Below the pieces are notes generated by a model. It was not told the origin of the DNA and ran no database searches. It was given only the letters and a program-made list of their open reading frames with translations. 64,000 nucleotides of DNA, taken from NCBI GenBank assembly GCA_963677595.1, contig OY782041.1, forward strand, positions 160,001-224,000, written 5' to 3'. This stretch comes from Spirochaetia bacterium. Lineage in GTDB: Bacteria; Spirochaetota; Spirochaetia; CAKZLE01. Position 1 is the stretch's first letter. Each line of letters starts with the position of its first letter. Shown one piece after another: positions 35,991 through 46,490 of the stretch. A program made the position numbers and the translations under genes.

Positions 35991-36844
35991 TATTTACTGC
36001 CCTCCAGTTCCTGGATCTGCATCTCCAGATGACAGGCATGATGATCCTCACCCTCCCGGACCTTGTAGGTCCCAAGGCGCAGCATCATGTTGTCGAAATC
36101 GACGAGGTGTCCGTCGAACTCAGGGCCGTCGACGCAGACGAACTTCGTCTCCCCGCCGACACTCACACGACAGCCTCCGCACATACCGGTGCCGTCTATC
36201 ATGATCGTATTCAGGGAGACGACGGTATGGACCCCGTAGGGCCTCGTCGTCTCTGCACAGAACTTCATCATGATCGGTGGTCCGATAGCCACGACCATGT
36301 CTGGCTTCCAGGTCTCGCAGAGCTCCTTGAGCGGTTGTGTGACCAGGGCCTTCCGGCCGTAGGACCCGTCGTCGGTACAGACGATGAGCTCATCGGCGAT
36401 CTTCGTCATCTCCTCTTCCATGATCATCAGGTCCTTGTTCCTGGCACCCATGATGATCTTGACCTCATTACCAGACTGCTTCATCCCCTGTGCGATCGGA
36501 TGGAGCGGGGCGACCCCGATCCCTCCGCCGACACAGACGACCTTGCCGAACTTCTCGATATGAGTCGGCTGGCCGAGCGGGCCGAGGATATTCTGGATAT
36601 ACTCACCCTCTTCGATGGCTGAGAGTTTGTGGGTGGTGCTGCCTACTGTCTGGTAGACGATCGTGATCGACCCTTCTTCCGCGTCCGCATCCGCGATCGT
36701 AAGCGGGATCCTCTCACCGAAGTCAGTGTCGATCTGAATGATGACAAACTGCCCCGGCTTCCGTTCCTGAGCAATGAGCGGTGCCTCAATCCTCATTCGG
36801 AACACCTCATTGCCGAGCTGTTCCTTGTGCAATACTCTGTTCAT
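35990..36844 (-). CDS. nfnA: NfnA/SudB small subunit (FAD, 2Fe-2S)
   Basis: PGQFV, ERIPLTI, GPLG, GGGIG, DGTGMCGGCRV...CVDGPEF (Asp-ligated 2Fe-2S motif). Confidence 0.9.
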   Translation of the reverse strand: MNRVLHKEQLGNEVFRMRIEAPLIAQERKPGQFVIIQIDTDFGERIPLTIADADAEEGSITIVYQTVGSTTHKLSAIEEGEYIQNILGPLGQPTHIEKFGKVVCVGGGIGVAPLHPIAQGMKQSGNEVKIIMGARNKDLMIMEEEMTKIADELIVCTDDGSYGRKALVTQPLKELCETWKPDMVVAIGPPIMMKFCAETTRPYGVHTVVSLNTIMIDGTGMCGGCRVSVGGETKFVCVDGPEFDGHLVDFDNMMLRLGTYKVREGEDHHACHLEMQIQELEGSK

Positions 36845-36937
36845 TAAAACCTCCGAGATCGTCCCATAACCAAACCTGTCCTTATTTTACGCATAATTGG
36901 GTGGAAGTCAATGATGGTATTTGCTATAGTATTGAAT

Positions 36938-37222
36938 ATGGTAATGAAAACGGCGACGATCAAGAACAATAACGGGATCCATGTACGGCCCTCCCAGGCG
37001 ATATCAGGCAGGATGTCTGGCTTCACCGGGGAACTCTCCATCAGGAGCAGGCATGCGGAGATCACCGATACCAATACGATAAGCATCATCTCCCTGGGAC
37101 TGGTAAAGGGTGACGAGATCACCATCACGGTGACAGGCAGGGATGAGGAAGCAGTAGGGAACCAGCTCGTGTCCCTGTTCGAATATGAATATGACTTCCC
37201 GCCGAGGGAAGCACAAGCATAG
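36938..37222 (+). CDS. HPr-family phosphocarrier protein
   Basis: GIHVRP with His at residue 15 from ATG 36938; SLGLVKGDEITITVTGRDE. Confidence 0.9.
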   Translation: MVMKTATIKNNNGIHVRPSQAISGRMSGFTGELSIRSRHAEITDTNTISIISLGLVKGDEITITVTGRDEEAVGNQLVSLFEYEYDFPPREAQA

Positions 37223-37236
37223 AAGGGAGGCGCTGT

Positions 37237-37584
37237 ATGATTCGCACCGAAGGTGAAATGACCACGGATCTCAGGGAACACATGAGGGGAGGTGCCGGGA
37301 CGACGGAGATCCTGAACATCGTCCCGACTGGGGAACTCAACCATGCACGGCTCTTCTCGAAGATCACCCTGCCCGTCGGGGCCGGTATCGGGGAGCACAC
37401 CCATATCAAGGAGACCGAGTACTACTACATCCTCTCCGGGAATGGGATCGTCGATGAAGCTGACGGGGAGAAACCCGTATCCCCGGGGGATGTAGTGATC
37501 ACCGGCGACCAGGAATCCCACGGTATCCGCAACACCGGCGATACCCCCCTGGTGTTCATGGCGGTCATCATCCTCGATGACTGA
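37237..37584 (+). CDS. Cupin-domain protein
   Basis: IGEHTHIKETEYYYILSGNG...PGDVV...HGIRNTG. Confidence 0.9.
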   Translation: MIRTEGEMTTDLREHMRGGAGTTEILNIVPTGELNHARLFSKITLPVGAGIGEHTHIKETEYYYILSGNGIVDEADGEKPVSPGDVVITGDQESHGIRNTGDTPLVFMAVIILDD

Positions 37585-37597
37585 TCCGGGAGGTCCC

Positions 37598-38164
37598 ATG
37601 ATCTCAACAGTCTGCATCTTCTGCGGTTCGAGCAGCGGGAACTCGCCTGTCTTTACCGATGCGGCCGCCTCCCTGGCTTCGCTCCTGGCGGACAGGGGGC
37701 TCGACATGGTCTACGGGGGGAGCAACATCGGCCTGATGGGCCTGGTAGCCAGCACCATGCTCGAACGGGGACGTTCAGTCACCGGTATCATCCCGAGGGC
37801 CCTCTTCGAGGTGGTCGAGCACCTCGAGGTCACCGACCTCAAGGTGGTGGAGACCATGCATGAGCGCAAGGCTGCCATGTATGAGCGCTCAGATGCCTTC
37901 ATCGCCCTCCCCGGCGGTATCGGCACCTTCGAGGAACTGCTCGAGGTCTATACCTGGGGACAGCTCGGCTACCTGGAGAAACCGGTCTCCATCCTGAATG
38001 TCGAGGGGTATTATGACCACCTCATCATGCAGCTGAGACACAGTGTGGGATCAGGGTTCATGAAGCAGCACCATCTCGATTCGCTCATCATCGAGAGCGA
38101 CCCGTCTGCCCTCCTGGACCGGCTCGAGTCGAGCACCTATACCTTCCAGCCGAAATGGCAGTAG
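37598..38164 (+). CDS. LOG-family nucleotide phosphoribohydrolase
   Basis: VCIFCGS, YGGSNIGLMG, MHERK, PGGIGTFEE. Confidence 0.93.
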   Translation: MISTVCIFCGSSSGNSPVFTDAAASLASLLADRGLDMVYGGSNIGLMGLVASTMLERGRSVTGIIPRALFEVVEHLEVTDLKVVETMHERKAAMYERSDAFIALPGGIGTFEELLEVYTWGQLGYLEKPVSILNVEGYYDHLIMQLRHSVGSGFMKQHHLDSLIIESDPSALLDRLESSTYTFQPKWQ

Positions 38165-38282
38165 ACCCTGTCCTGCAGCCCTGTTGAAGCAGGACCTATC
38201 TTAGGCCGAAGCATCGGCCGACCCTTTCAACAACACCCCTTTTTATGTATACTGTCTCGACATAGTGTAAGGAGACTGGTTC

Positions 38283-39347
38283 ATGCTGAAGAAACTGGAG
38301 AGTCTCGAATCACACTTCGGTGTGATCGAGCAGAAGATAGCAGACCCTGAGATCATGAAGGACATGAATGCCTATCGTGAGATCATGCAGGAACATGCAC
38401 ATCTCTCCCCGATCATCGAGGAGTTCAATACATATAAGGATCTCACCGGACAGATAGCGGATGCGAAACTCCTCCTCGAGGAGGAGGATGATCACGACAT
38501 GCTTGAGATGGCCAAGGAGGAGCTCAATGAGCTCGAAGAGGCCCTGGAGCAGTCAGAGGGCCGGCTGAAGGTCCTCCTCGTACCGAAGGACCCGCTTGAC
38601 GGGAAGAATATCATCATGGAGATCCGGGCCGGGACCGGCGGGGATGAGGCAGCCCTCTTCGCCGCTGACCTCTACCGCATGTACTCCCATCTTGCAGAGA
38701 ACAACCGGTGGAAGACCGAGATCCTCTCGATGAACGATACCGAGATCGGCGGTTTCAAAGAGATCGTCTTCTCGATCTCGGGCAAGGAGGTCTATGGGAA
38801 CCTCCGCTGGGAGAGCGGCGTCCACCGTGTCCAGCGGGTCCCGACCACGGAATCGGGGGGCAGGATCCATACCTCGGCCGTGACGGTCGCCGTCCTGCCG
38901 GAGGCTGAGGAGACCGATATCCAGATCAAGCAGGAAGAACTGAAGATCGATGTGTACCGCTCCTCCGGTCCCGGGGGCCAGAGCGTCAACACGACTGACT
39001 CCGCTGTGCGTATCACCCACCTGCCGACAGGCCTTGTGGTGACCTGCCAGGATGAGAAATCCCAGATCAAGAACCGGGCGAAGGCCCTGCGTGTCCTCCG
39101 TGCCCGCCTCTATGAAGCTGAGGAGGAGAAGAGACAGAAGGAGCGGTCTGAGAACCGGAAGAGCCAGGTGGGGAGCGGGGACCGGTCCGAACGTATCAGG
39201 ACCTACAACTTTCCCCAGAACCGGGTGACTGACCACCGGATTAACCTGACCCTCTATAAACTCGAACAGATACTTGCCGGAGCCCTTGATGAGGTCATCG
39301 AGGCACTGAAGCTGAATGCAGGAGAAGAAGCCCTCAAGGAGTTATAA
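38283..39347 (+). CDS. prfA: Peptide chain release factor 1
   Basis: [17 protein letters not shown] (PxT), [15 protein letters not shown]. Confidence 0.98.
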   Translation: MLKKLESLESHFGVIEQKIADPEIMKDMNAYREIMQEHAHLSPIIEEFNTYKDLTGQIADAKLLLEEEDDHDMLEMAKEELNELEEALEQSEGRLKVLLVPKDPLDGKNIIMEIRAGTGGDEAALFAADLYRMYSHLAENNRWKTEILSMNDTEIGGFKEIVFSISGKEVYGNLRWESGVHRVQRVPTTESGGRIHTSAVTVAVLPEAEETDIQIKQEELKIDVYRSSGPGGQSVNTTDSAVRITHLPTGLVVTCQDEKSQIKNRAKALRVLRARLYEAEEEKRQKERSENRKSQVGSGDRSERIRTYNFPQNRVTDHRINLTLYKLEQILAGALDEVIEALKLNAGEEALKEL

Positions 39348-39349
39348 GC

Positions 39350-40192
39350 ATGATCACCAGAAGTGATGTATTGACCCAGGGCAAGCAGCGGCTGCGGGAC
39401 CACTCGCCGAGCGAGAGTCCCTATCTCGATGCCCTGCTGTTGCTCTCCCATACGCTCAAGCTAAGTAAGGAAGCACTCCTGACCTCGTTGGAGAAACCCA
39501 TCTGGGAGGTTGATGCCCTTTCCTTCGGCAAGCTGCTGAGACTCCGGGAGAAGGGACTGCCCATAGCGTACATCACCAGGCGGAAGGAATTCTACGGGCT
39601 GGAGTTCTTCGTTGATGAGCGGGTCCTCATCCCGAGGCCCGATACCGAGATCTTAGTCGAGACAGCCCTGGAGATCGGCAGGGACCTGTCCCCGCTGGCT
39701 ATCCTCGACCTCTGCACCGGTTCCGGCTGCATCGGGATCTCCCTGAAGCACAGCCTCCCGCATGCGGACGTCTCCCTAGCCGACATCTCCGACGATGCAC
39801 TGGCAGTTGCGACTCTCAACGCGCGGAACATCCTGGAGAGCGAGCTGAAGGTCCTCAAGACGGACCTCTTCGACTCGATCGACTCCACCTACGATATGAT
39901 CGTCACCAACCCGCCCTACCTCACCGATTCGGAATGCGACTCCAAGGAGCTCAAGGCGAGATCCGAACCCGATATCGCGCTCCGTTCCGGCCATGACGGG
40001 TTCACACACATCAGGAAGATCATCGGCAGCGCCTACAAGGCGCTGAACCCGGGCGGTCACCTCCTCATCGAGGGCGGGTTCGACCAGGCGAAGAAGACAA
40101 GGGAGCTGATGATCGGCAGCGGGTACGCCGATGTCGCTATCATCAAGGACTTAGGCGGCAACGATCGTGTCGTCATGGGAAGGAGAGCATAG
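39350..40192 (+). CDS. prmC: Release factor glutamine methyltransferase
   Basis: VLIPRPDTE, DLCTGSG, NPPY; follows prfA. Confidence 0.95.
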   Translation: MITRSDVLTQGKQRLRDHSPSESPYLDALLLLSHTLKLSKEALLTSLEKPIWEVDALSFGKLLRLREKGLPIAYITRRKEFYGLEFFVDERVLIPRPDTEILVETALEIGRDLSPLAILDLCTGSGCIGISLKHSLPHADVSLADISDDALAVATLNARNILESELKVLKTDLFDSIDSTYDMIVTNPPYLTDSECDSKELKARSEPDIALRSGHDGFTHIRKIIGSAYKALNPGGHLLIEGGFDQAKKTRELMIGSGYADVAIIKDLGGNDRVVMGRRA

Positions 40193-40202
40193 CTGCAGCG
40201 GT

Positions 40203-42227
40203 ATGGTCAACCTCATAGATAAATTCAAGCAGAAGATCACGGTCTACACCTCTGACGAGCAGGACCGGATCGTCAATGCCGCCCTCTGGGCCAAGTCCCT
40301 CCATAATGACCAGAAACGGGCAAGCGGGGAACCCTACTTCATCCACCCGCTCCATGTCGCGGAGACCCTCGTCTACCTGAACCTCGATGCGGATGCCATC
40401 ATCTCGGGCTTCCTCCATGATGTCATGGAGGATACCGAGACGACCTTCGAGGAGGTCGAGAGACGGTTCGGGTATGAGGTGGCGAAGCTCGTCGACGGGG
40501 TGACGAAGATCTCGATCCTCAAGGTGAAGAACAAGAGTGTCCAGGAGGCTGAGACCATCAGGAAGATGCTCTTCGCCATGTCCGAGGATATCAGGGTCAT
40601 CATCATCAAGCTTGCCGACAAGCTCCACAACATGAATACCCTGGAATACCTCTCCCCGCAGCGGAGGAAGGCCATCGCGAACGAGTGCCTGGACATCTAT
40701 GCCCCCCTCGCGGACCGGCTTGGTATCTCATGGATGAAGGATGAGCTCGAGGACCTCGCGCTCAAGGCCCTCAATCCCGAAGCCTACCAGTATATCAAGG
40801 ACTTCCTCCTGGCGAAGAAGAGCGAACGAAGCGACTATCTCAAACGGGTCGAGAAGGCGATCTACAAAGGTGCCTACGATGAGGGGATCACCGAGATCGC
40901 CGTCACCTCCCGGGCAAAGCACTTCTACTCGATCTACCAGAAGATGAAGCGGCGCAAGAAGCAGATCGATGAGATCTATGACCTGCACGGGGTCAGGATC
41001 CTCTGCGACTCCGAGAACGAATGCTATACCCTGCTGGGCGTCATCCATAAACTCTGGCCGCCTATCGAGGGCAGGTTCAAGGACTATATCGCCATGCCCA
41101 AGGCGAACCAGTACCAGTCCCTCCATACCACGGTGATGAGCTTCAACGGGAAACTCCTCGAGATCCAGATCCGGACCAAGACCATGCACTACACCGCGGA
41201 ATACGGGGTAGCGGCGCACTGGGCTTACAAGCACAAGACAGGCAGCGGCATCAAGATAGCCCAGAACCAGCTCCCGATCATCAACAAGCTCAAGAACTGG
41301 GACTCGCAGCAGAGCAGCTCGGAGACCTTCCTCGACGAGATCAAGGAGGAACTGCTCAAGGACTCGATCTACGTGTTCACCCCCAAGGGCCATATCGTGG
41401 AGCTCCCGGCGAACTCTACGGCGATAGACTTCGCCTATCACATCCATACCGAGGTCGGCCACCATATGATGGGGGCCAAGGCGGACGGATCGATCATCTC
41501 CCTGGGACAGCCGTTGAAGAACACCCAGACCATCGAGGTCCTCACCGCGACGAACGCCCGGCCCCATATCAACTGGCTGAGGCTCGCGAAGACCACGCGG
41601 GCCAAGCAGAAGATCAGGTACTGGCTCAACAAGCATGATGAGACACTGCTCATCGACAAGAACATCATCGCCAAGGGGAAGCCCGAGCAGAAGCATGCCG
41701 TACAGGAGGCAGCCCAGCAGAAGGGTCCCCATCACCCCCCTGAGGAGGAGAAGAAGGAAGAGATCATCACCCAGGTCCTCGACCAGGCGAAGGTCTCCTT
41801 CAGGATCGGCGATGAGACGAACATGATGATCAGTATAGCCCAATGCTGCAACCCCTCACGGGGGGATGACATCGTCGGGTATATATCGCGGGGAAGAGGC
41901 ATCATCGTCCACCGACGGGACTGCAAGAACCTCAAGCATATCAAGGATATCGAGAACCGGAGCGTCGAGGTAGAATGGGAGACCTCCTCCCCGAAGATCA
42001 CCAAGCGGTTCCAGGTCACCAGCAGGCGGGTGTCGGACCTCTTCAGCGAGATAGAGGGTGCTGTGAGGAAATTCCATGGGCACCTGATCGAGGGGAGACT
42101 CGAGGAGGCGGAGAATGACCGTCTCGTCGGCAGCTTCACGATGGAGATCGATAAGAACAATGACTACAAGAAGGTCCTGAAATCGATCAGGACCATCCCG
42201 TCAGTACTCAACATCATTCCGCTCTGA
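40203..42227 (+). CDS. rel: Long bifunctional RelA/SpoT (p)ppGpp synthetase/hydrolase
   Basis: RASGEPYFIHP, LHDVMED hydrolase motif, RFKD, YQSLHT, EIQIRT, TGS FTPKG, CCNP. Confidence 0.95.
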   Translation: MVNLIDKFKQKITVYTSDEQDRIVNAALWAKSLHNDQKRASGEPYFIHPLHVAETLVYLNLDADAIISGFLHDVMEDTETTFEEVERRFGYEVAKLVDGVTKISILKVKNKSVQEAETIRKMLFAMSEDIRVIIIKLADKLHNMNTLEYLSPQRRKAIANECLDIYAPLADRLGISWMKDELEDLALKALNPEAYQYIKDFLLAKKSERSDYLKRVEKAIYKGAYDEGITEIAVTSRAKHFYSIYQKMKRRKKQIDEIYDLHGVRILCDSENECYTLLGVIHKLWPPIEGRFKDYIAMPKANQYQSLHTTVMSFNGKLLEIQIRTKTMHYTAEYGVAAHWAYKHKTGSGIKIAQNQLPIINKLKNWDSQQSSSETFLDEIKEELLKDSIYVFTPKGHIVELPANSTAIDFAYHIHTEVGHHMMGAKADGSIISLGQPLKNTQTIEVLTATNARPHINWLRLAKTTRAKQKIRYWLNKHDETLLIDKNIIAKGKPEQKHAVQEAAQQKGPHHPPEEEKKEEIITQVLDQAKVSFRIGDETNMMISIAQCCNPSRGDDIVGYISRGRGIIVHRRDCKNLKHIKDIENRSVEVEWETSSPKITKRFQVTSRRVSDLFSEIEGAVRKFHGHLIEGRLEEAENDRLVGSFTMEIDKNNDYKKVLKSIRTIPSVLNIIPL

Positions 42228-43308
42228 GGGCAGCCTTGAGTTCCTCGAACCGCTCGAGGATCGGGAGGTGCTGTGTACAGGCCTCTTCACACTTCCTGCA
42301 TTCGATGCACGCATCGAGTTCATCGATGCTCACACCCCAATGGGCCCGCAGCCGGGAATCCAATTTCTCATCAGTATCCAGGTAGAGGAGATTTGCCGTC
42401 TCGACGAACTTCCAGACGGGGATATCGACCGGGCAGTCCCTGCAGTAGGTACACCCGGTACAGAGGGCGTTGAACCGCTCTTCAGCCCCGCTCCTGAGTC
42501 GTTCGACCTCCTCCTCCGTATAGGGGGTGAACCGGTCGACCGAAGCAACAGCAGTATCCACATCATCTATGTCCCGGAAACCGATAAGCCGCACATCGAT
42601 CCGCTGCTCGTTCAGGAGGAAATGCAGTGCGCCGTCGAGCATGTCCTGGCCTTCATGGACCTTCAGGTATGAGAACGCCCGCTCGTTCGGTATGATCGTG
42701 CCGCCGCCGAGGGAGTTCATGACCACGACACCGAGCTTGTTTCGTGCCGCAGCGGCTATCCCCTCTTCACGGTAGCGGAAGTTGACAGCTGAGTAACCCA
42801 ACAGGACCCCTTCGAAGAGGCCCCGATCGATGACATCAACGATAGCGTAGCCGGGAAGGTGCGTCGAGAAGGTAAGGTGGCTGATAAGCCCCTCTTCCTT
42901 GGCCTTCTGCATGGCAGCGACTGCCCCGCCTGCGATCCGCCTGTCGATATCGCCGGGATTGAGGAGGTACCAGCAGTGGTAGAAGTCGATCGTATCGACG
43001 TTCAACCGCCTCAAGGATCGTTCCAGGTCTCTTCTCAGGTCATCCCCTGTGACTTTCATGGATTTTGTGCTGACATAGAAGGGCCTGCCGGTGCGTCCCT
43101 TCAGTTCTTTCACTGCCCTGCCCATGATGATCTCTGACTGGTCCTGGCAGTAGCCGGGTGCGGTATCGAAGTAGTTGATACCCTTCTCATATGCCCGGAC
43201 GACCACAGCAGCCATCTCATCGGTCTCCTGCGGCCGGGAGAACCTCATCCCCCCGAACCCTAGTGCCGAGACCTCCTTCCCCGTCGTTCCATACTCATTA
43301 TAGATCAT
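42214..43308 (-). CDS. Aldo/keto reductase with C-terminal 4Fe-4S domain
   Basis: VSALGFGGMR, GINYFDTAPGY, CTGCTYCRDCP, CIECRKCEEAC. Confidence 0.9.
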   Translation of the reverse strand: MIYNEYGTTGKEVSALGFGGMRFSRPQETDEMAAVVVRAYEKGINYFDTAPGYCQDQSEIIMGRAVKELKGRTGRPFYVSTKSMKVTGDDLRRDLERSLRRLNVDTIDFYHCWYLLNPGDIDRRIAGGAVAAMQKAKEEGLISHLTFSTHLPGYAIVDVIDRGLFEGVLLGYSAVNFRYREEGIAAAARNKLGVVVMNSLGGGTIIPNERAFSYLKVHEGQDMLDGALHFLLNEQRIDVRLIGFRDIDDVDTAVASVDRFTPYTEEEVERLRSGAEERFNALCTGCTYCRDCPVDIPVWKFVETANLLYLDTDEKLDSRLRAHWGVSIDELDACIECRKCEEACTQHLPILERFEELKAALRAE

Positions 43309-43324
43309 TCGCTTTGTACCTTTT

Positions 43325-44434
43325 CTATACGTTGAACCTGAAGTGCATGATATCCCCATCACGCACGACATACTCCTTGCCCTCGATTCGCAGCTTCCCG
43401 GCTTCCTTCACCTTCTGCTCGGATCCGTAGGAGAAGAGGTCGTCACAGTGGTAGACCTCCGCCTTGATGAATCCCTTCTGGAAATCGGTATGGATGACCC
43501 CGGCCGCCTCCGGGGCTTTTGCCCCTTCGTGGAAGGTCCAGGCTCGATCCTCATCGGCACCTGCGGTGAAGAAGGTCCTGAGCCCCAGAGTCTTGTAGCC
43601 TGTCGCGATCAGGTGGTTGAGCCCGGACTCCTCGAGCCCTACAGCCTCGAGGAACTCCTGCCGCTCGGCTTCCGTCTCGAGGGCGGCGATCTCCGCCTCG
43701 AGCTTCCCGCAGATCATGATGACCGATGAGTCTTCCTCCCCGCCGGCGATCTCTCGGACTGTCTCGACAAACCCGTTCCCGGCTTCCAGAGCATCCTCGT
43801 CTACATTGCAGACATAGATGACCGGTTTCATGGTGATCAGGTGCAGGTCATACAGGAGGGCCTTCTGCTCCTCCGAGAGGTCCAGGGTACGGGCAGCCTT
43901 CCCTTCACTGAGCGCCTCTTTCACAGTGGTGAGTACCGGCAGCAGGGCTGCTGCCTGCTTGACCCCCTCTTTCCCGGTGCGGGAGAGCTTGTCCACTTTC
44001 GCGATACGCTTCTCGACGGTCTCCAGGTCTGCGAGCGCCAGCTCGATATCGATGGTCTCGATGTCGGAAGCTGGGTCTATCCGGTTATCGACATGGGTGA
44101 TATCCTCATCCTCGAAGCAGCGGACGACATGGACGAGCACGCTCACCTCCCTGATATGGGAGAGGAACCGGTTCCCGAGTCCCTCGCCCTTCGAGGCACC
44201 CTTGACCAGTCCCGCTATATCGACGAACTCGACGACTGCCGGGACGATCTTCTTCGGCGGTATGAGCTCAACGATCCTGTCCAGGCGTTTGTCGGGGACA
44301 CTGACCATCCCGACATTGGGGTCTATCGTACAGAATGGATAGTTCGCAGCCTCCGCAGGTGCAGAGGTAAGTGCTGAGAATATCGTGGATTTACCTACAT
44401 TCGGCAGCCCCACGATCCCGCAATTCAATCCCAT
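43325..44434 (-). CDS. ychF: Redox-regulated ATPase YchF
   Basis: GIVGLPNVGKST, NYPFCTIDPN, DIAGLV, GKEYVVRDGD. Confidence 0.97.
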   Translation of the reverse strand: MGLNCGIVGLPNVGKSTIFSALTSAPAEAANYPFCTIDPNVGMVSVPDKRLDRIVELIPPKKIVPAVVEFVDIAGLVKGASKGEGLGNRFLSHIREVSVLVHVVRCFEDEDITHVDNRIDPASDIETIDIELALADLETVEKRIAKVDKLSRTGKEGVKQAAALLPVLTTVKEALSEGKAARTLDLSEEQKALLYDLHLITMKPVIYVCNVDEDALEAGNGFVETVREIAGGEEDSSVIMICGKLEAEIAALETEAERQEFLEAVGLEESGLNHLIATGYKTLGLRTFFTAGADEDRAWTFHEGAKAPEAAGVIHTDFQKGFIKAEVYHCDDLFSYGSEQKVKEAGKLRIEGKEYVVRDGDIMHFRFNV

Positions 44435-44477
44435 AATTCTCTATCTCCTTAATAAAATCGATATATCCTATCACATA

Positions 44478-44506
44478 TTGACATCGATGATAACCTCATT
44501 TAGAGT
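44478..44506 (+). promoter_or_regulatory. Sigma70 promoter of hflX
   Basis: TTGACA-N17-TAGAGT. Confidence 0.65.
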
Positions 44507-44521
44507 TAGAGTCTGTAGCTT

Positions 44522-45808
44522 ATGAAGAAAACAGATTTCCAGTATGACAGCAGCATGATCACTGAAGAGCATGCATACCTCGTTACGGTGCGTGACACCG
44601 ACGAGCCCGAAGATTTCACCTCGTTCAGGGCGGCAGAGCTTGCCAGCCTGGTGAAGACCATGGGAATGGTCGTCGCAGGGGCGGTCACCGTCTCGATCAA
44701 GGCCCCGAAAGCCACCTACCTCATCGGCTCGGGGAAGATGCGTGAGATCTGTGAGGAAGCGGATGCCCTCGATGCAGACTGCATCATCTTCGATGCGGAC
44801 CTCTCACCGAGCCAGCAGCGCAACTGGGAGAAGAACTCCGGGCGCTGCGTGATCGACAGGAGGGAGGTCATCCTCCAGATCTTCGCAGACCGTGCGTCAA
44901 CCCGGGAGGCCGTCCTCCAGGTGGCACTGGCGAGGCAGGAATACTCCCTGCCGAGACTCACACGGGCATGGACACACCTCTCACGCCAGCGCGGTGGTTC
45001 CCGTGGTACCAGGGGTGAAGGCGAGACCCAGCTTGAGGTAGACCGTCGTATCGTCATGAAGCAGATCTCCCAGATCAAGCGAGAGTTGACGAAAGTGAGA
45101 GAGCACCGTTCAACCCAGCGCAAGCAGAGACAGGGTATCCCCGTCCCGACCGGGTCGATCGTAGGCTACACCAATGCAGGGAAGTCCTCCCTGCTGAAGA
45201 AGCTCACCAACGCCGATATCCTCGTCGAGGACAAGCTCTTCGCGACGTTGGACCCGACCACGAGGAGGATCAACCTCCCGTCAGGGACCGATGTCCTCCT
45301 GACAGACACCGTAGGGTTCGTACAGAACCTCCCCCACGACCTGATCGATGCCTTCCGCTCCACCCTCGAGGAGACCCGCTTCTCCGATTTCATCCTCCAT
45401 GTCGTGGATGCCTCACACCCGGAACCACTGACCTGCTTCGAGACCACGATGGAAGTCCTTCGTTCCCTCGATTGTGCCGATAAGCCGCAGATCCTTGCCA
45501 TCAACAAGATGGACCTCTGCACAGACAGCCTCCACCTCTCAGGGCTCAAGCAGCTTGATGTCCGTATCGTCGAGATGTCCGTGAAGGATGGGACTGGAAT
45601 GGAGGAACTGCTCCAGGCGATCAGCGACACCCTCTTCTCAATCTACCCGGAAGAGGTCTACCACCTCCCGCAGGACCGGTACGACCTGCTGACCTTCATC
45701 AAGAAGAACGGCATGGTATCGAGCGAGGAGTATGAGGATGAGCGGATCATCATCCAGGCACGGATACCGGAACGGTTCCATTCAGCGATCAAGCAGTATA
45801 AATCCTGA
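44522..45808 (+). CDS. hflX: Ribosome-splitting GTPase HflX
   Basis: LSPSQQRN, GETQLEVDRR, GYTNAGKS, LFATLD, DTVGF, NKMD. Confidence 0.96.
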   Translation: MKKTDFQYDSSMITEEHAYLVTVRDTDEPEDFTSFRAAELASLVKTMGMVVAGAVTVSIKAPKATYLIGSGKMREICEEADALDADCIIFDADLSPSQQRNWEKNSGRCVIDRREVILQIFADRASTREAVLQVALARQEYSLPRLTRAWTHLSRQRGGSRGTRGEGETQLEVDRRIVMKQISQIKRELTKVREHRSTQRKQRQGIPVPTGSIVGYTNAGKSSLLKKLTNADILVEDKLFATLDPTTRRINLPSGTDVLLTDTVGFVQNLPHDLIDAFRSTLEETRFSDFILHVVDASHPEPLTCFETTMEVLRSLDCADKPQILAINKMDLCTDSLHLSGLKQLDVRIVEMSVKDGTGMEELLQAISDTLFSIYPEEVYHLPQDRYDLLTFIKKNGMVSSEEYEDERIIIQARIPERFHSAIKQYKS

Positions 45809-45844
45809 GCAGGAAGTATCCTGCATGGCAGTGCCCAGATACAA

Positions 45845-45870
45845 GAAATCCCCGGTCTCCCGGGGATTCT
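45845..45870. terminator. Hairpin between convergent hflX and OMP genes
   Basis: AATCCCCGG-tctc-CCGGGGATT. Confidence 0.65.
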
Positions 45871-45890
45871 CATATGCATGATAGGACAGT

Positions 45891-46367
45891 CTACATATCG
45901 AGTTTGTAACGACCGCCGATACCGCCGGCAACTGAGGCGCCGAACGGTACGATGTCGAAGCTGGGAACGATCTCAGCATAGACCTCGATCGGGTACTCTT
46001 CGAAGTAGTAAGAGATACCGATCGGGAATACCAGCCCGAGCCCGAAGCCTGAACCGAAATTTAGGCCGATACCACCACCGACATAGGGATAAAGCTCTAC
46101 TTTCTCGATCGCCAGTTCTGTATAGTTCCAGAGGAGGTCTCCCCGAATACTCAGCCCGTTAGCGATACCAAAACCGATGACGCCTTCAGCAGTCAGGTCG
46201 AAATCCTTGATGAGGTCATCGCCGAGGCCGTATTTGCCGGTGACCCCGAACGGTTCTCCCAATGACAGACCTACGCTGAAGTCTCCCTTCCCAACGATGC
46301 TGTCTGCAGCAACTGCAGGCATGATTACTGCAAGTATCAGAAATAACACGAGTACGATCTTCTTCAT
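45891..46367 (-). CDS. Small exported Gly/aromatic-rich beta-barrel protein (DUF3996-like spirochaete OMP)
   Basis: Signal peptide; GLSLGEPFGVTGKY, YVGGGIG, PIGISY, PIEVYAEIVP, GGIGGRY. Confidence 0.72.
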   Translation of the reverse strand: MKKIVLVLFLILAVIMPAVAADSIVGKGDFSVGLSLGEPFGVTGKYGLGDDLIKDFDLTAEGVIGFGIANGLSIRGDLLWNYTELAIEKVELYPYVGGGIGLNFGSGFGLGLVFPIGISYYFEEYPIEVYAEIVPSFDIVPFGASVAGGIGGRYKLDM

Positions 46368-46383
46368 AATTCCCCCTAAAAAT

Positions 46384-46436
46384 GTAACACTTTATGATCT
46401 TGTTACTATAATACCAAGGATAGGATAGGGATTCAA
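46384..46436 (-). promoter_or_regulatory. OMP promoter with an inverted repeat over the transcription start
   Basis: TTGAAT-N17-TATTAT (46436-46408); GTAACA-N11-TGTTAC at 46384-46406. Confidence 0.55.
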
Positions 46437-46490
46437 CATAAATAATGAAAAACACCCGATTTTTATCGCGACTATTTATGAGTGTTTGTC

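Noticed and set aside
38283-39347. Programmed frameshift in a release factor gene
   Set aside because: This is RF1 (PxT motif) with a continuous frame; the frameshift applies to prfB
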